NCBI GenBank assembly: GCA_041749075.1
Contig: JBGTBY010000031.1
Span: 148,342-212,341, forward strand
Source of the DNA: Balneolales bacterium
Lineage (GTDB): Bacteria; Bacteroidota; Rhodothermia; Balneolales; HLUCCA01
Direction: 5' to 3'
Length of the DNA stretch: 64,000 nt
Shown: positions 1 through 10,614 of the stretch, piece after piece
Layout of the letters: each line of letters opens with the position of its first letter
How positions within the stretch are numbered: position 1 is the first letter of the stretch
The notes under the pieces: generated by a model
What the model saw: only the letters and a program-made list of their open reading frames with translations
Databases searched by the model: none
What the model was told of the DNA's origin: nothing
Position numbers and translations under genes: made by a program

Positions 1-675
1 ATTGGCGATGGCGATGGGATGATTCGGATCAATCTCTTTCATAGCCAAGGCCGCGTCGTTGAATAGCGTGTACATGTGACGTGCCCGAATCGTCGATTCC
101 CGGTCTTCGATGGGGATGTCTTGCGTCTCGGCCGTTCCCCAGAAAAGTCCGTAGTTGTTCTCATTTCCGAGCAGATAAAGCAACAATCCAGGCGTGTTTT
201 TATACTTTTGGGCCAGTTGTCGAACTTCAGACAACAACAGATTCTCCACTTCGGGATCCGAGTAGTCTGTGTTGCCAACCCATTGCCCATTCAGGGTGAG
301 TCCATAGCGCCCGAACGAATGATTCAGCATCGTGTAGATGCCATACTTGGCGTGGATGTAGTCGATCCATTTCGGTTGGATGCCGGTGTACACGCGGATG
401 GCGTTGACGCCCATGTCTTGCAAGAGCGTCATTTCGTCATGCAGGGCTTTTTCGATGAACTCGTCCGGCTGCTCCCACAAAATGAAGGAATAATTCGTGC
501 CGATGGGGAAATAATCCCAGTTCATACCGTTCACCATGAACGGGGACCCATCCACCATCAATCTCCATCCGTCGGCTTGCTCGACCACATCAACAGGCAC
601 GGTTCGCGTCTGCTCACAGGCTGAGAATGCGACGAATCCGATGAGTAAGGGGAGAATCCGAACGGAGTGGATCAT
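1..675 (-). CDS. Glycoside hydrolase-like lipoprotein (clan GH-A TIM-barrel type), N-terminal part; gene continues past the window start
   Basis: Absent from the ORF track because it runs off the edge. Manual minus-strand translation from the ATG at 675-673 gives MIHSVRILPLLIGFVAFSACEQ (lipobox-like), then GVNAIRVYTG and LLYLLGNENNYG (GNE acid/base-like motif). The listed + ORF 76..624 is its antisense shadow. Confidence 0.6.
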   Translation of the reverse strand, partial: MIHSVRILPLLIGFVAFSACEQTRTVPVDVVEQADGWRLMVDGSPFMVNGMNWDYFPIGTNYSFILWEQPDEFIEKALHDEMTLLQDMGVNAIRVYTGIQPKWIDYIHAKYGIYTMLNHSFGRYGLTLNGQWVGNTDYSDPEVENLLLSEVRQLAQKYKNTPGLLLYLLGNENNYGLFWGTAETQDIPIEDRESTIRARHMYTLFNDAALAMKEIDPNHPIAIAN

Positions 676-681
676 GCCATG

Positions 682-2472
682 TTAATTCTGCTTCGTCTTA
701 CCCGCCTTTTTGGTTTTTTTCGGGCCTGCTTCGATTTCCGCCATCAGCTTGGTGTGATCCACTTTCTTGTTGATCATGTACTGTTGACCGATGGACAGCA
801 AGTTATACAACAGATAGTACAAGCTCAATCCCGATGCGAAGTTATTGAACATGAACAAGAGCATGACAGGCAGCACATAGGTGAACATTTTCATCTGCGG
901 ATTGGCCGCGCCACCTTGACCCGAGATCTTCATCTGCCAGACCATCGATGCGGTCATCAATAGAACAAAACCAGCGATATGATCGCCCAGAAAAGGGATG
1001 GAGAACGGCAGGTTGAGGATCACATCGGGCGCGGATAGATCAGGAGCCCATAAGAAAGCCTCGCCACGGATTTCAATCGCGTTCGAAAAGAAGCGCCACA
1101 GTGTCAGAAGAACCGGAAGCTGCAACAAGTTCGGTAAGCATCCGCCTAGAGGATTCACTTTCGCCTTCTTGAACAGCGCCATCGTGGCTTCTTGCTGTTT
1201 CTTCGGATCCTCTTTGTATTTCTCTTGGATCAGTTTCATTTCCGGCTGCAGTTCGCGCATGGCGGCCATGCTTTCGAAGCTTTTCTTGGTCGGATAATGC
1301 AAGATGACCTTGATGAGGATCGAAAACACGATGATCGCCAAACCCATATTGCCGAGCCACAGGTTCAGGTTTGTGAGAACCGGAAGGATGAGGAATTTGA
1401 CGAAGGGTTTCGAAAACCAGTTGATCCAGGAATACCCCACATCCACCATATCATAGGCTGTGGATTCGAATGCGGTGATTTTGGAATACTCCAACGGACC
1501 CATGTAGAGATGGAAGGACGCCGTATTATTGTCTCCCAAGCGCCAGCGTAGCGTGGTGGCGTAGGTATGCTGGGTTTGCTCGTTGGTGGCGTCGCCGGTG
1601 AGTTCGGACATGACCACGGCTCCCGTGCCTTTCACATCCGGCTTGATGATCTGCGTGAAAAACTTGGTTTTGGATGCGATCCAGTCGGTTTCGCCATTGA
1701 AGGTCTTGTCTTCGCGACCCGATTCGGAACGAATGATTTGTTCCAATTCACCGGCCATCGACACGTACGCCGATTTGAATGTGCCTTCCGATGCTCGGGA
1801 TTTTTCGGTGGAACTGAGGCGGGGAACGAACGAGAGTTCGAGATTGCGGTCGCTTAAGAACGACTGGGCGCCTTCAAAGCGGACATCCAAATCGAAATCA
1901 TACGATTCGGCGTTCAGGGTGTAGGTGTAAACAAGGCGTTTGCCTGGTTCCGGCTCAAACACATATTCCAACGTCGTGGTTTCGCCTTCGCCCAGTGTGA
2001 TGGCGTTTCCAAGCGTAGACTGGCTGAAGACCAGTGAACGGGTTTCGATGTTGTAATTCTGCGTCGAGATGAATCCGAGCGAGTAGGCGGAGCGTGTGGT
2101 GTCGGAGATCATCTGAACCGGCGATCCGTCCCATTTCGAATACTGGGTAAGCTGGATGCTGGCCGGTCCGGCGCCCACGTTCGTGAATACGGCCGTGTAA
2201 TACGGTGTGGAGACGGTGTAGAGAAGCGTGTCGATCACCGAGCTCGTAAAGACACCACCGGTCGCGATGTCAGCTTGGGCTTCTGGTGTGATGGTCGGCA
2301 GAATCTCGGTTTCGGATGGCGGATTCAGCGCTTGTGCCACTCGGATGCTGTCTTGCACCCGCCGTTGTTCGATCATCCGGTTGCGCTGCTCCTCGTTTGG
2401 CGACATATACCAGAACCATGTCATCATGATGAGGAACATCAGGGCGAAACCGACTACTGTATTACGATCCAC
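682..2472 (-). CDS. yidC: Membrane protein insertase YidC (long, Bacteroidota-type with large periplasmic domain)
   Basis: 596 aa. C-terminal 60-kDa insertase core with NPLGGCLPNLLQLPVLL. Lies in the classical rpmH-rnpA-yidD-yidC cluster. Confidence 0.95.
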   Translation of the reverse strand: MDRNTVVGFALMFLIMMTWFWYMSPNEEQRNRMIEQRRVQDSIRVAQALNPPSETEILPTITPEAQADIATGGVFTSSVIDTLLYTVSTPYYTAVFTNVGAGPASIQLTQYSKWDGSPVQMISDTTRSAYSLGFISTQNYNIETRSLVFSQSTLGNAITLGEGETTTLEYVFEPEPGKRLVYTYTLNAESYDFDLDVRFEGAQSFLSDRNLELSFVPRLSSTEKSRASEGTFKSAYVSMAGELEQIIRSESGREDKTFNGETDWIASKTKFFTQIIKPDVKGTGAVVMSELTGDATNEQTQHTYATTLRWRLGDNNTASFHLYMGPLEYSKITAFESTAYDMVDVGYSWINWFSKPFVKFLILPVLTNLNLWLGNMGLAIIVFSILIKVILHYPTKKSFESMAAMRELQPEMKLIQEKYKEDPKKQQEATMALFKKAKVNPLGGCLPNLLQLPVLLTLWRFFSNAIEIRGEAFLWAPDLSAPDVILNLPFSIPFLGDHIAGFVLLMTASMVWQMKISGQGGAANPQMKMFTYVLPVMLLFMFNNFASGLSLYYLLYNLLSIGQQYMINKKVDHTKLMAEIEAGPKKTKKAGKTKQN

Positions 2473-2496
2473 GATAGATAAGCTTAGAGAGAATGA

Positions 2497-2706
2497 TTAC
2501 GGAACTGGGTCGAAACCGTCGCCACCCCAGGGATGACAGCGTCCGATCCGTTTGATGGCCAGCCAGCCGCCTTTCCAAGCGCCGTGCTTTTGCAAAGCTT
2601 CGACGGCATAGGCGCTGCATGTTGGCTGATACCGGCAACGGGCAGGAAAATACGGGGATATTGCAAGCTGATAAAACCGGATGAATGCGATGAACACATG
2701 TTTCAT
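2497..2706 (-). CDS. yidD: Membrane protein insertion efficiency factor YidD
   Basis: Internal Met of ORF 2497..2928 gives [38 protein letters not shown]...[14 protein letters not shown] (69 aa, canonical YidD). Its ATG overlaps the rnpA stop (ATGA). Confidence 0.9.
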   Translation of the reverse strand: MKHVFIAFIRFYQLAISPYFPARCRYQPTCSAYAVEALQKHGAWKGGWLAIKRIGRCHPWGGDGFDPVP

Positions 2707-3089
2707 GCCGGTAAGACCTTCTCGAGTCGTTCGACCAGATCCCGAATATCCTGCTGAATGAGGGAGAACGGCACATCCGGCTTCTTCGAAATGAAGATGC
2801 CGTGAAAGCCGTACAGACCATTGAAGGATGGGGGCTGCAAGCGGTAGGCTTCTCGCATCCGGCGCTTGCACCGGTTGCGGATTACCGCGTTGCCTAATTT
2901 GCGACCTGCCACAAATGCGACAAGGCAACCGGTCGTCGGATCGGGGAACACCAAATAACGGAGATCCACGTTCGATGCCGACAGTCGGTTGCCTTCTCTG
3001 AAGAGGCGGTCAAAATGTGATTTTCCCCGAAGGATATTGGCCCTGGGGAGGAAAAAACGGTCAGACCGATTATTTCGGTCCGCGTTCAT
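2703..3089 (-). CDS. rnpA: Ribonuclease P protein component
   Basis: RnpA-like basic protein ([24 protein letters not shown]) placed between rpmH and yidD. The ORF extends to 3122, but the Met at 3089 (MNADRNN) fits the rpmH 3' end better. Start is uncertain. Confidence 0.85.
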   Translation of the reverse strand: MNADRNNRSDRFFLPRANILRGKSHFDRLFREGNRLSASNVDLRYLVFPDPTTGCLVAFVAGRKLGNAVIRNRCKRRMREAYRLQPPSFNGLYGFHGIFISKKPDVPFSLIQQDIRDLVERLEKVLPA

Positions 3090-3225
3090 CACTGACGGTG
3101 AGCTTGTGACGGCCCTTGGCACGGCGTCTTTTCAGAACTTGCTGGCCTTTGAGGTCGTCCATGCGGGCACGGAACCCGTGTGTGTTCACACGCTTGCGTC
3201 GGCTGGGTTGAAACGTACGTTTCAT
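3070..3225 (-). CDS. rpmH: 50S ribosomal protein L34
   Basis: Below the ORF-track size cutoff. Manual translation gives [51 protein letters not shown] (51 aa), the canonical L34 N-terminus. Confidence 0.9.
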   Translation of the reverse strand: MKRTFQPSRRKRVNTHGFRARMDDLKGQQVLKRRRAKGRHKLTVSDERGPK

Positions 3226-3346
3226 TAGAGGAAAACGTTAAAATGGTGGAATATGTCTGGCCTGTGAGGTCGTGGCCATTTATGGAAAGACAACAAAAAT
3301 AGCATATTTATTCCTAAATTAGAAGTCTCTACAAATCCTTTTTTTC

Positions 3347-6300
3347 ATGTTCGACGCGTTTCTTAAAGTGGTCGGGTCCATTTTTGGCTCCAAATCCGAC
3401 CGCGACCTCCGCTCCATCACGCCCATCGTGGCTCAAATCAATGCTCTTGGCTCTCAAATCGAGGCTCTTTCCGATGAAGAACTCCAAGCCAAGACTCAAT
3501 TTTTTAAAGACCGAATTCGTGAGGATGCAGCCGAAGTGCGAGCTCAGATTGAGTCGCTCAAAGCTGAACTCGAGGTGTCGAATTCACCTCTGTCGATCGA
3601 TGAGCGTCGTTCCAAGTCTGAAGAAATCGATACTCTGGAAAAAGAAGAGCTCGATATCATCGAAGACACGCTGGACGAGCTGCTTCCCGAAGCCTATGCC
3701 GTTCTGAAAGAGACCTGCCGCCGTTTTGTTGGCAAATCTTGGAAAGTGGCTGGAAGCGATGTCGTTTGGAACATGGTTCCTTATGATGTGCAGCTGGTGG
3801 GCGCCATCACGCTGCATCAAGGCAAAATCGCGGAAATGAAGACGGGTGAAGGAAAAACCCTTGTCGCCATTTTCCCTGCGTATTTGAATGCATTGGTCGG
3901 TCGCGGTGTGAATGTGGTGACCGTGAACGATTATCTCGCCAAACGGGACTGCGAATGGAACGAACCGATTTTCAATTTCCACGGGTTGCGTGTGGATTGC
4001 ATCGACCGTCATGAGCCGAATTCCGATTCGCGTCGGAATGCGTACATGGCCGACATCACCTACGGTACAAACAACGAATTCGGGTTCGATTACCTTCGCG
4101 ACAACATGGTGCTCAGCTCAGACCAATTGGTGCAGCGCAAACATCATTACACGATTGTGGATGAAGTCGATTCCGTTTTGATTGATGAGGCTCGTACGCC
4201 ATTGATTATTTCGGGTCCGGTGATGCAAGACACCCAGTCTGCCAAATACACTGAGCTCAAGCCGCGTATCCTATCGCTGGTGGAAGCACAAAAGAAATTG
4301 GTCGCCAGATATGTATCGGATGCCGAAGTGGCATTGAAATCCGGTGAAGAGGAAAAAGCTGGACTCCATCTGTTCCGAGCCAAGCGTGGTTTCCCGAAGA
4401 ACGGGCGCTACATGAAACTCATGCAAGAGCCGGAGTATCAGAAGTTGACGCAGAAAACCGAGTATTTCTATCTGCAGGATAGCGGACGGAACATGAACAT
4501 CGTGGATGAGGACATGTACTACTCCGTCGACATGCGATCGAACAGCATCGAAATGACGGAAAAAGGTCGCGAGCTGATCACACCAAGCAATGAAGATCCC
4601 GACTTTTTCGTGATTCCGGACATGGGCATGGAAACCGCCAAGCTCGAAGAGGAATTGGATGCGAAACGTGTGGCTGGAACTGAGGATAGCCTGATCCGTC
4701 GTGAAAGAGTCGAGCGCATGCAGCAGTTGAATCTGAAATTCGCCGAACGTGCCGATCGCCTGCACTCGATCAACCAATTGCTGAAAGCCTATACCTTGTT
4801 CGAGAAAGATGATGAATACATCGTTCAGGAAGGAAAAGTCTTGATTGTGGATGAGCACACAGGTCGTGTGATGCAAGGGCGCCGGTATTCGGACGGCTTG
4901 CATCAAGCCATCGAAGCCAAAGAAAATGTGAAAGTGGAAGCGTCGACTCAGACCTATGCCACCATCACACTGCAGAATTATTTCCGGATGTACCACAAGA
5001 TTGCCGGGATGACAGGTACGGCGGTCACAGAAGAAGCGGAGTTTTTCCAGATCTATAAGCTGGATGTGATCGAGATCCCTACGAACCGACCCATATCACG
5101 GAAAGATGAAGAAGATTTCGTGTTCCGTACCAAGCGGGAGAAATTCAACGCGGCGATCAAGAAAATCGAGGAATATCACCAGAAAGGACAACCTGTTCTG
5201 GTTGGTACCACCAGTGTGGAAGTGTCGGAGACCCTCAGCCGGATGTTGCAACGAAGCGGCATCAAGCACAATGTCTTGAACGCAAAGCAGCACCAGCGCG
5301 AGAGTGAGATCGTGTCGGAAGCGGGTCGGAAAGGCGCCGTCACCATCGCGACGAACATGGCGGGACGGGGAACGGATATCAAACTGGCCGAGGGCGTGAA
5401 TGAACTCGGCGGACTCGCGATTTTGGGTACCGAGCGACATGAGTCGCGTCGGATTGATTTGCAGTTGAGAGGACGTTCGGGTCGTCAGGGCGATCCGGGT
5501 GAAACCCAATTCTATGTGTCGCTTGAAGATGAACTGATGCGCTTGTTCGGATCTGATCGCATCGCGAATGTCATGGATCGGATGAAGTTCGAGGAAGGCG
5601 AGGTGATTCAGCATCCGTGGGTCACGAAATCGCTCGAACGTGCTCAAACCAAAGTAGAACAGAACAACTTCGGCATCCGGAAGCGTCAGCTCGAATACGA
5701 TGATGTGTTGAACAATCAACGGAATGTGGTGTACGCGCGCCGGAAGCACGCTCTGCTCGGTGACCGCTTAAATGGCGACATCCTGAACATGCTTCAGGAT
5801 TTGTTGGGTTCGTTCATCGACGACCATTTCAAAGACGGCGATTACGATGGCATCGCTGAGAAAATGATGCGCATGTTGGCAGTGGATGTGGAGGTAGACG
5901 CGGTGGCTTGGGCTCGCATGGGCGACGATATGCTGCTGGATCATCTTACGACGGTGTCTTTGGAAGCCTACCAGACCAAGAGCCGCTTGCTGATCGAGCC
6001 GTTCTACAAGGTGATGGAGCAGATCAAGAACTCGAATCAGGAAACAGCGCCGACCTCGGTTCAGGTGATTTTCACCGACGGAAGCAAACGCATGCGCGTG
6101 CTCGTGGAAGTCGAGAAAGCCCTTCAAACCGAAGGACAAGAACTCATTCGCTCGCTAGAGCGCAGTGCGATTCTGTCTGTGATTGATGAGCGCTGGATGG
6201 AACACCTTCGTGATCTGGATTCGGTGAAAGAAGGGATCGGATTGCGGGCGTTTGGACAGAAAGATCCGCTGTTGGAATACAAACGCGAAGCCTTCGGCAT

Positions 6301-6622
6301 GTTCCAGAACTTGGTTGGCGTGATGAATGAGGAAATCATCGGATTGTTGTGGAAGGCGGTTCCGGAAGGAAGCGGCCAACCCGGCAGACCCGTGGCTCCG
6401 CAACGCAAGTTGGATATGAGTCGCCTCAAAACGCGTCATGACAGTTCAGAAGGCATGGGCATCAAGTTCGACGCGCCATCCACATCCGGCAATAAACCGC
6501 CGGCGACAGGTGGACAAGCCCCGAAATTGGCTCCGATCCATGTTGGACCAAAAGTGGGTCGCAACGATCCATGTCCGTGCGGCTCCGGTAAGAAGTATAA
6601 GAACTGCCACGGCGCGGCATGA
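3347..6622 (+). CDS. secA: Preprotein translocase ATPase SecA
   Basis: 1091 aa. Contains [20 protein letters not shown] and [12 protein letters not shown]-terminal zinc-binding tail [14 protein letters not shown]. Confidence 0.97.
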   Translation: MFDAFLKVVGSIFGSKSDRDLRSITPIVAQINALGSQIEALSDEELQAKTQFFKDRIREDAAEVRAQIESLKAELEVSNSPLSIDERRSKSEEIDTLEKEELDIIEDTLDELLPEAYAVLKETCRRFVGKSWKVAGSDVVWNMVPYDVQLVGAITLHQGKIAEMKTGEGKTLVAIFPAYLNALVGRGVNVVTVNDYLAKRDCEWNEPIFNFHGLRVDCIDRHEPNSDSRRNAYMADITYGTNNEFGFDYLRDNMVLSSDQLVQRKHHYTIVDEVDSVLIDEARTPLIISGPVMQDTQSAKYTELKPRILSLVEAQKKLVARYVSDAEVALKSGEEEKAGLHLFRAKRGFPKNGRYMKLMQEPEYQKLTQKTEYFYLQDSGRNMNIVDEDMYYSVDMRSNSIEMTEKGRELITPSNEDPDFFVIPDMGMETAKLEEELDAKRVAGTEDSLIRRERVERMQQLNLKFAERADRLHSINQLLKAYTLFEKDDEYIVQEGKVLIVDEHTGRVMQGRRYSDGLHQAIEAKENVKVEASTQTYATITLQNYFRMYHKIAGMTGTAVTEEAEFFQIYKLDVIEIPTNRPISRKDEEDFVFRTKREKFNAAIKKIEEYHQKGQPVLVGTTSVEVSETLSRMLQRSGIKHNVLNAKQHQRESEIVSEAGRKGAVTIATNMAGRGTDIKLAEGVNELGGLAILGTERHESRRIDLQLRGRSGRQGDPGETQFYVSLEDELMRLFGSDRIANVMDRMKFEEGEVIQHPWVTKSLERAQTKVEQNNFGIRKRQLEYDDVLNNQRNVVYARRKHALLGDRLNGDILNMLQDLLGSFIDDHFKDGDYDGIAEKMMRMLAVDVEVDAVAWARMGDDMLLDHLTTVSLEAYQTKSRLLIEPFYKVMEQIKNSNQETAPTSVQVIFTDGSKRMRVLVEVEKALQTEGQELIRSLERSAILSVIDERWMEHLRDLDSVKEGIGLRAFGQKDPLLEYKREAFGMFQNLVGVMNEEIIGLLWKAVPEGSGQPGRPVAPQRKLDMSRLKTRHDSSEGMGIKFDAPSTSGNKPPATGGQAPKLAPIHVGPKVGRNDPCPCGSGKKYKNCHGAA

Positions 6623-8481
6623 TACGCGTGGGGATCCTTCTGGTCACCGTCTTGATGCCGGGTGTGCTGTTCGCACAGTCGGATTCGATCAAGGTGGTGA
6701 TGGAAGGAGTGGTGATTTCGACGAATCGATCAACACGCACGATAGAAGACATTCCGACCCGCATCGAAATCATTGCCGGCGAGGAATTGGTGGAAAAAGG
6801 GAACATGCGTCCGGGTGACATCCGCATGCTTCTCAACGAAATGACGGGCATCACCATCCGTCAGGAATCGTCTTTTCTTGGTGAGTCCGGAATTCAGATG
6901 CAAGGCCTGAGCCGTCGTTTCACACAGGTGTTGAAAGATGGATTTCCCTTATATGACGGACTTTCGGGCGGGTTGGGTCTATTGCAAACACCGCCATTGG
7001 ATCTTGAGCGCGTGGAAATCATCAAAGGTCCGGCATCCACATTGTATGGCGCTGGAGCGGTAGCCGGATTGGTGAATCTGGTGTCGCGTCGCCCATCCGA
7101 TGTGCCGGAAATGCGTCTATTGGTGAACGGAACCACGGCCGGAGGCGCGGATGCCTCGGTTTTATATTTGCGTCCGGGTCGATTGTTCAGCTCCTCCACG
7201 TATGTTCAAGGCGGATGGCAGCGGTTGTATGATCCGTCGGATGAGGGCTTTGCAGCGATACCGAAATCTTCGAAAGCCTATGTGAGGCAGTCGCTATTTG
7301 CGAATCCATCCGCATCAACCGACATCCACATCACCGGAACCTATTCGCATGATGATCGCACCGGTGGATCGATGGCGGATGACGGATATCGGATCCGGTC
7401 CAAATCGGAATTGAAATCGTTGCAAGCCGTGATGTCGGCTGAGCTCGGCACCTGGACATTGCAGTCGCGATCAAGCCTGTCGCGCTACGATCGGCATCAG
7501 ACCGACACCCGATTTGATGGCCCTCGTGATCATCAGACGAATCGGTTTTCAGAGTTGACCGCATCCTCCACACACGAAACACGCGAATGGGTTGTCGGTG
7601 CGGCGGTTCAGGATGTGGCGTATGGCCAGTCGCCGGAAGGAAGCACCACGCTGAGCCTGTTCGGGAATTGGATTCAGGATGTGGGTCCGATGGCGACGAT
7701 TGAAGCCGGCTACCGGCTCGATCATATGGATCCGTATGGCACGCAGCATCTTCCGCGGGTGAGCCTGATGGTGTCTCCATCCCTTACTCAGACCTATCGC
7801 ATCACTGGTGGATTGGGGTATGTGCTTCCTACCTTGTATCTCGACTCGTACCGGCGGCCGGTGGATTTCATCCGGCCAGAACACATCCGCTCAGTGAAGC
7901 CGGAACAAAGTCTTGGCGGCACAGCGGATGCGAACTTCCGTTCGGAATGGGCAAATCTGAATGTGATGGGTTTCTGGACGCAGGTCAATAATGGGTTGAG
8001 CAGCGAGCTTGTCGGATTCCTGGAAGACGGAGGCATCGGCATTGGTACTATGGTCATGAATCAGGATCCGATTCTCGTGCGCGGTATCGAGACGAATCTG
8101 AAGCTCGATCACGAGCCCTTCGCACTGTATCTCGGTCATACATTCACGGACACCGACGCGGAGTTGGTCTCCCGTCATCGGTTCAATTCGGTGCTCATGA
8201 TCGAAGAGGAAGACGCGTGGCGTGTCGGACTCGAAGCCTATTACCACGGACAGCAGAACATCGGAAAGCCGTATGTCATTGCCGGCATTATGGCCGATTA
8301 CCGGATCGGGTTCGCCACAGTATTCATCAACCTGGAGAATGCGTTCGATGTGCGTCAAACGCGGTTCGAGAGGGTGTATTCCACCTTCGCAGGTACGACG
8401 GTACCCATCTCGGTTGTATCGCCCCTGTATGCGCCGATCGACGGCCGCATCCTGAATGGCGGTTTGCGTTTCGAGTTTTAA
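6619..8481 (+). CDS. TonB-dependent receptor (plug + beta-barrel)
   Basis: Signal peptide. Plug motif [27 protein letters not shown]-terminal GGLRFEF ending in an aromatic residue. Start overlaps the secA stop (ATGA). Confidence 0.85.
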   Translation: MIRVGILLVTVLMPGVLFAQSDSIKVVMEGVVISTNRSTRTIEDIPTRIEIIAGEELVEKGNMRPGDIRMLLNEMTGITIRQESSFLGESGIQMQGLSRRFTQVLKDGFPLYDGLSGGLGLLQTPPLDLERVEIIKGPASTLYGAGAVAGLVNLVSRRPSDVPEMRLLVNGTTAGGADASVLYLRPGRLFSSSTYVQGGWQRLYDPSDEGFAAIPKSSKAYVRQSLFANPSASTDIHITGTYSHDDRTGGSMADDGYRIRSKSELKSLQAVMSAELGTWTLQSRSSLSRYDRHQTDTRFDGPRDHQTNRFSELTASSTHETREWVVGAAVQDVAYGQSPEGSTTLSLFGNWIQDVGPMATIEAGYRLDHMDPYGTQHLPRVSLMVSPSLTQTYRITGGLGYVLPTLYLDSYRRPVDFIRPEHIRSVKPEQSLGGTADANFRSEWANLNVMGFWTQVNNGLSSELVGFLEDGGIGIGTMVMNQDPILVRGIETNLKLDHEPFALYLGHTFTDTDAELVSRHRFNSVLMIEEEDAWRVGLEAYYHGQQNIGKPYVIAGIMADYRIGFATVFINLENAFDVRQTRFERVYSTFAGTTVPISVVSPLYAPIDGRILNGGLRFEF

Positions 8482-8855
8482 CGCGCCAAGAGATAGTAGC
8501 CGATTCCAGCGGCGAAGAGTCCGCCTAATACAGAAGCAACGATATAGGCGCTGGCTACGCCATATGCGCCGTGCTGCATCAGACTGAGCGTTTCGGCGGA
8601 AAAAGCCGAGAATGTGGTGAATCCGCCGCATATACCCGTGCTCAGAAAGAAGCGCCATTCGGGTGACATCGGGTTTTTCAGGCTCCATCCGATTAATAAA
8701 CCGATGGCGAACGAACCGACGAGGTTGATCCAAAAGGTGGACCATGGAAAGGCGGGCGATGTGTGCCAGCCAAGCCAATTGGAGACCAGAAACCTGGCGC
8801 TCGCTCCGAGGAAACCACCCGCGCCTACAATCAGACTAAGATTTAAAATGCTCAC
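8478..8855 (-). CDS. crcB: Fluoride ion channel CrcB/FluC
   Basis: 125 aa, 4 TM segments. Motifs GGFLGASARF and GICGGFTTFSAFS. Confidence 0.9.
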   Translation of the reverse strand: MSILNLSLIVGAGGFLGASARFLVSNWLGWHTSPAFPWSTFWINLVGSFAIGLLIGWSLKNPMSPEWRFFLSTGICGGFTTFSAFSAETLSLMQHGAYGVASAYIVASVLGGLFAAGIGYYLLAR

Positions 8856-9030
8856 TGATGCGGCGGTTCATGAGTCGGTTGTAATGCTGATATTCGCTGA
8901 AACGCGCGGTGAACCGCATTTCTTTGTCCTCTTTCACAGCCACCACATCCACTTTTGTGGCGATATCCGGGTTTTCGGTGATGGTGACCTGAATCTCACC
9001 AAGTTTATACGATTCAATAAGTTTGCTCAT
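8836..9030 (-). CDS. Small hypothetical protein, translationally coupled between the AraC-family gene and crcB
   Basis: 64-aa ORF. Its ATG overlaps the upstream stop (ATGA) and its 3' end overlaps the crcB start by 20 nt. No family recognised. Confidence 0.4.
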   Translation of the reverse strand: MSKLIESYKLGEIQVTITENPDIATKVDVVAVKEDKEMRFTARFSEYQHYNRLMNRRISEHFKS

Positions 9031-9902
9031 ACGGCTTGACGGAACTCGGTGGGCGTGGAGCCGGTTATTTTGCGAAATGTGCGATTGAAATGGGTGACCG
9101 AATTGAATCCCACTTCATACGCCACTTGCGAAATCGATAAGCCGGTAGACGACATCAGTTGCTTCGCTTTTTCGATGCGTAATCGGTTCACATATTCAGA
9201 GAAGTTCATACCCGTCGCTTTCTTGAACATCCTGCAAAAATGGGCCGCGCTCATGTTCGCGACGTTCGCCACTTTATCGAGATTCAACTCCTGATTGAGA
9301 TTGGATGTGATGAACTCACGACTTTTTTTGATGCCATCGGGCTCCAGATGATCGGGCGTGACCGACAGCTTTTCAGCCAAAGTCGAAATGTGCTTCGCGA
9401 AAATCTCCAAGAGTCGGACGACCGCCTCGTATTGCTTCGGCGTGAGCAGTTGGCTTGAGTTCAGCAGATCGTGAACCTCGTCTGGATCGGTTTTGAAGCC
9501 CCAATCCAACACTTGTTTCGTGGTCTGTGATAACTTTTCCGCTGTGGCCGCTTCAAGCAAGACTTCACCCGTTTGCAGATATCCGATCACCTTGTTGTGC
9601 AACTTCACGGGCACGGCCGAGACATGAATGCCTGCGAAACAAGTATGATGCAGGGTTTCATTGTCACCTGGCACATGCACGCCATTCACTTGCACGCAGG
9701 TTCGGCACGCTTCATTGTGCTCGCGCATGAAATGGCAAAACGGATTTTCGGTGCCTTGGTCGCGATGGATCGGCTCGGATGATGCAGGATCGCGAAATAT
9801 CAGCGGAAGATGCGTCACTTCCTTGAATGCCTGTTCATATTCCAGATAGAGATCGGAATGGGAAAGGTCGTCGAGCAGTTTTTGAATCGCGTGTTGGTCC
9901 AT
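9027..9902 (-). CDS. AraC-family transcriptional regulator with PocR-like sensory domain
   Basis: N-terminal Cys/His-rich PocR-like region (FCHFMREHNEACRTC). C-terminal double HTH (HFCRMFKKATGMNFSEYVNRLRIEKAKQLM...THFNRTFRKITGSTPTEFR). Confidence 0.85.
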   Translation of the reverse strand: MDQHAIQKLLDDLSHSDLYLEYEQAFKEVTHLPLIFRDPASSEPIHRDQGTENPFCHFMREHNEACRTCVQVNGVHVPGDNETLHHTCFAGIHVSAVPVKLHNKVIGYLQTGEVLLEAATAEKLSQTTKQVLDWGFKTDPDEVHDLLNSSQLLTPKQYEAVVRLLEIFAKHISTLAEKLSVTPDHLEPDGIKKSREFITSNLNQELNLDKVANVANMSAAHFCRMFKKATGMNFSEYVNRLRIEKAKQLMSSTGLSISQVAYEVGFNSVTHFNRTFRKITGSTPTEFRQAV

Positions 9903-9934
9903 GGATGAAGCTTGACACGTAATTTAGGGATAAT

Positions 9935-10105
9935 GGAGAACAAGTAAGAACAAGTACTCAGGTACTCAAGAAGAACAAGTGCTCAAGGAAGACAAGTACT
10001 CAAGGAAGACAAGTACCCACGGAAAGCAGAAGTATAACCCCCCTTGAGTACATGAGTACTTGTATCCCCTTGTTCTTCTTGAGTACCTGTTCTTACTTGT
10101 TCTCC
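9935..10105. repeat. Long imperfect hairpin built from short words (GAACAAG, GTACTCAAG)
   Basis: 9935-9952 pairs with 10088-10105 and 9960-9979 pairs with 10069-10088. An inner stem pairs caagtactcaagg with ccttgagtac..ttg. The 3' arm overlaps the last codons (MENK*) of the four-helix-bundle gene. Confidence 0.7.
9999..10060 (+). repeat. 62-bp perfect direct repeat, copy 1 (flanks the four-helix-bundle gene)
   Basis: ctcaaggaagacaagtacccacggaaagcagaagtataaccccccttgagtacatgagtact is identical to 10534-10595 (compared base by base). Confidence 0.9.
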
Positions 10106-10443
10106 ATACTTCGCACCAGCTTATAAATGAGTATGCAGATGAAATTCGCTTTCTCGATGAGTATATCTGATTGGTTAGATGGAATTAGTTGATGGGTTTT
10201 TGCTAACTCGGCCTGAATTTTGAATTCGCCAGCCGAGCCGCGTGCATACCGAAGAAATCGAATGAAATCTCCTTGAGTCATTCGATGATATCCTTCCGCA
10301 ATATTCGATGGCACCGATAAGCTCGATCGTACCATTTGATCCCTAAATGCACGATCACTCATCTTCAACAGTATCGGATAAGCCAATTCATTCAGCTCCC
10401 GTGCTTGTCGAAAGGCTTCGATGTCTTCTAGTTTGTGGAACAT
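10093..10443 (-). CDS. Four-helix-bundle protein (23S rRNA intervening-sequence protein / Avd-like family)
   Basis: 116 aa. Contains QMVRSSLSVPSNIAEGYHR...FLRYARGSAGEF, typical of the family. Confidence 0.85.
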   Translation of the reverse strand: MFHKLEDIEAFRQARELNELAYPILLKMSDRAFRDQMVRSSLSVPSNIAEGYHRMTQGDFIRFLRYARGSAGEFKIQAELAKTHQLIPSNQSDILIEKANFICILIYKLVRSMENK

Positions 10444-10533
10444 AATAATCAGGTACTCAGGTACTCATGGAAGAACAAGTAAGAACAAGTAAGAACAAGT
10501 ACTCAAGAAATCAAGTGCTCAAGGAATCAAGTG

Positions 10534-10595
10534 CTCAAGGAAGACAAGTACCCACGGAAAGCAGAAGTATAACCCCCCTTGAGTACATGAGTACT
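10534..10595 (+). repeat. 62-bp perfect direct repeat, copy 2
   Basis: Identical to 9999-10060. Preceded by 16-17-nt tandem words (tcaagtgctcaaggaa x2). The terminal cttgagtacttg pairs with caagtactcaag at about 10495. Confidence 0.9.
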
Positions 10596-10614
10596 CGTAT
10601 ATCTTGAGTACTTG

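Noticed and set aside
76-624. 182-aa + strand ORF at the window start
   Set aside because: Its His/Arg/Val-rich composition is typical of an antisense frame. The minus strand encodes a recognisable GH-like lipoprotein across the same span.
4271-4996. 241-aa minus-strand ORF inside secA
   Set aside because: Antisense shadow of secA. No independent signal.
7891-8778. 295-aa minus-strand ORF spanning the TBDR 3' end and crcB
   Set aside because: It overlaps two well-supported genes, is Arg/His-rich, and matches no family.
8856-9030. A fluoride riboswitch upstream of crcB
   Set aside because: The region is occupied by a coupled small ORF, and I could not recognise the conserved riboswitch core by eye. 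This needs an Infernal scan to be certain.
10093-10443. A diversity-generating retroelement, because the four-helix-bundle protein is Avd-like
   Set aside because: There is no reverse transcriptase, and no template/variable repeat pair with adenine-specific differences. The flanking repeats are identical rather than A-mutated.
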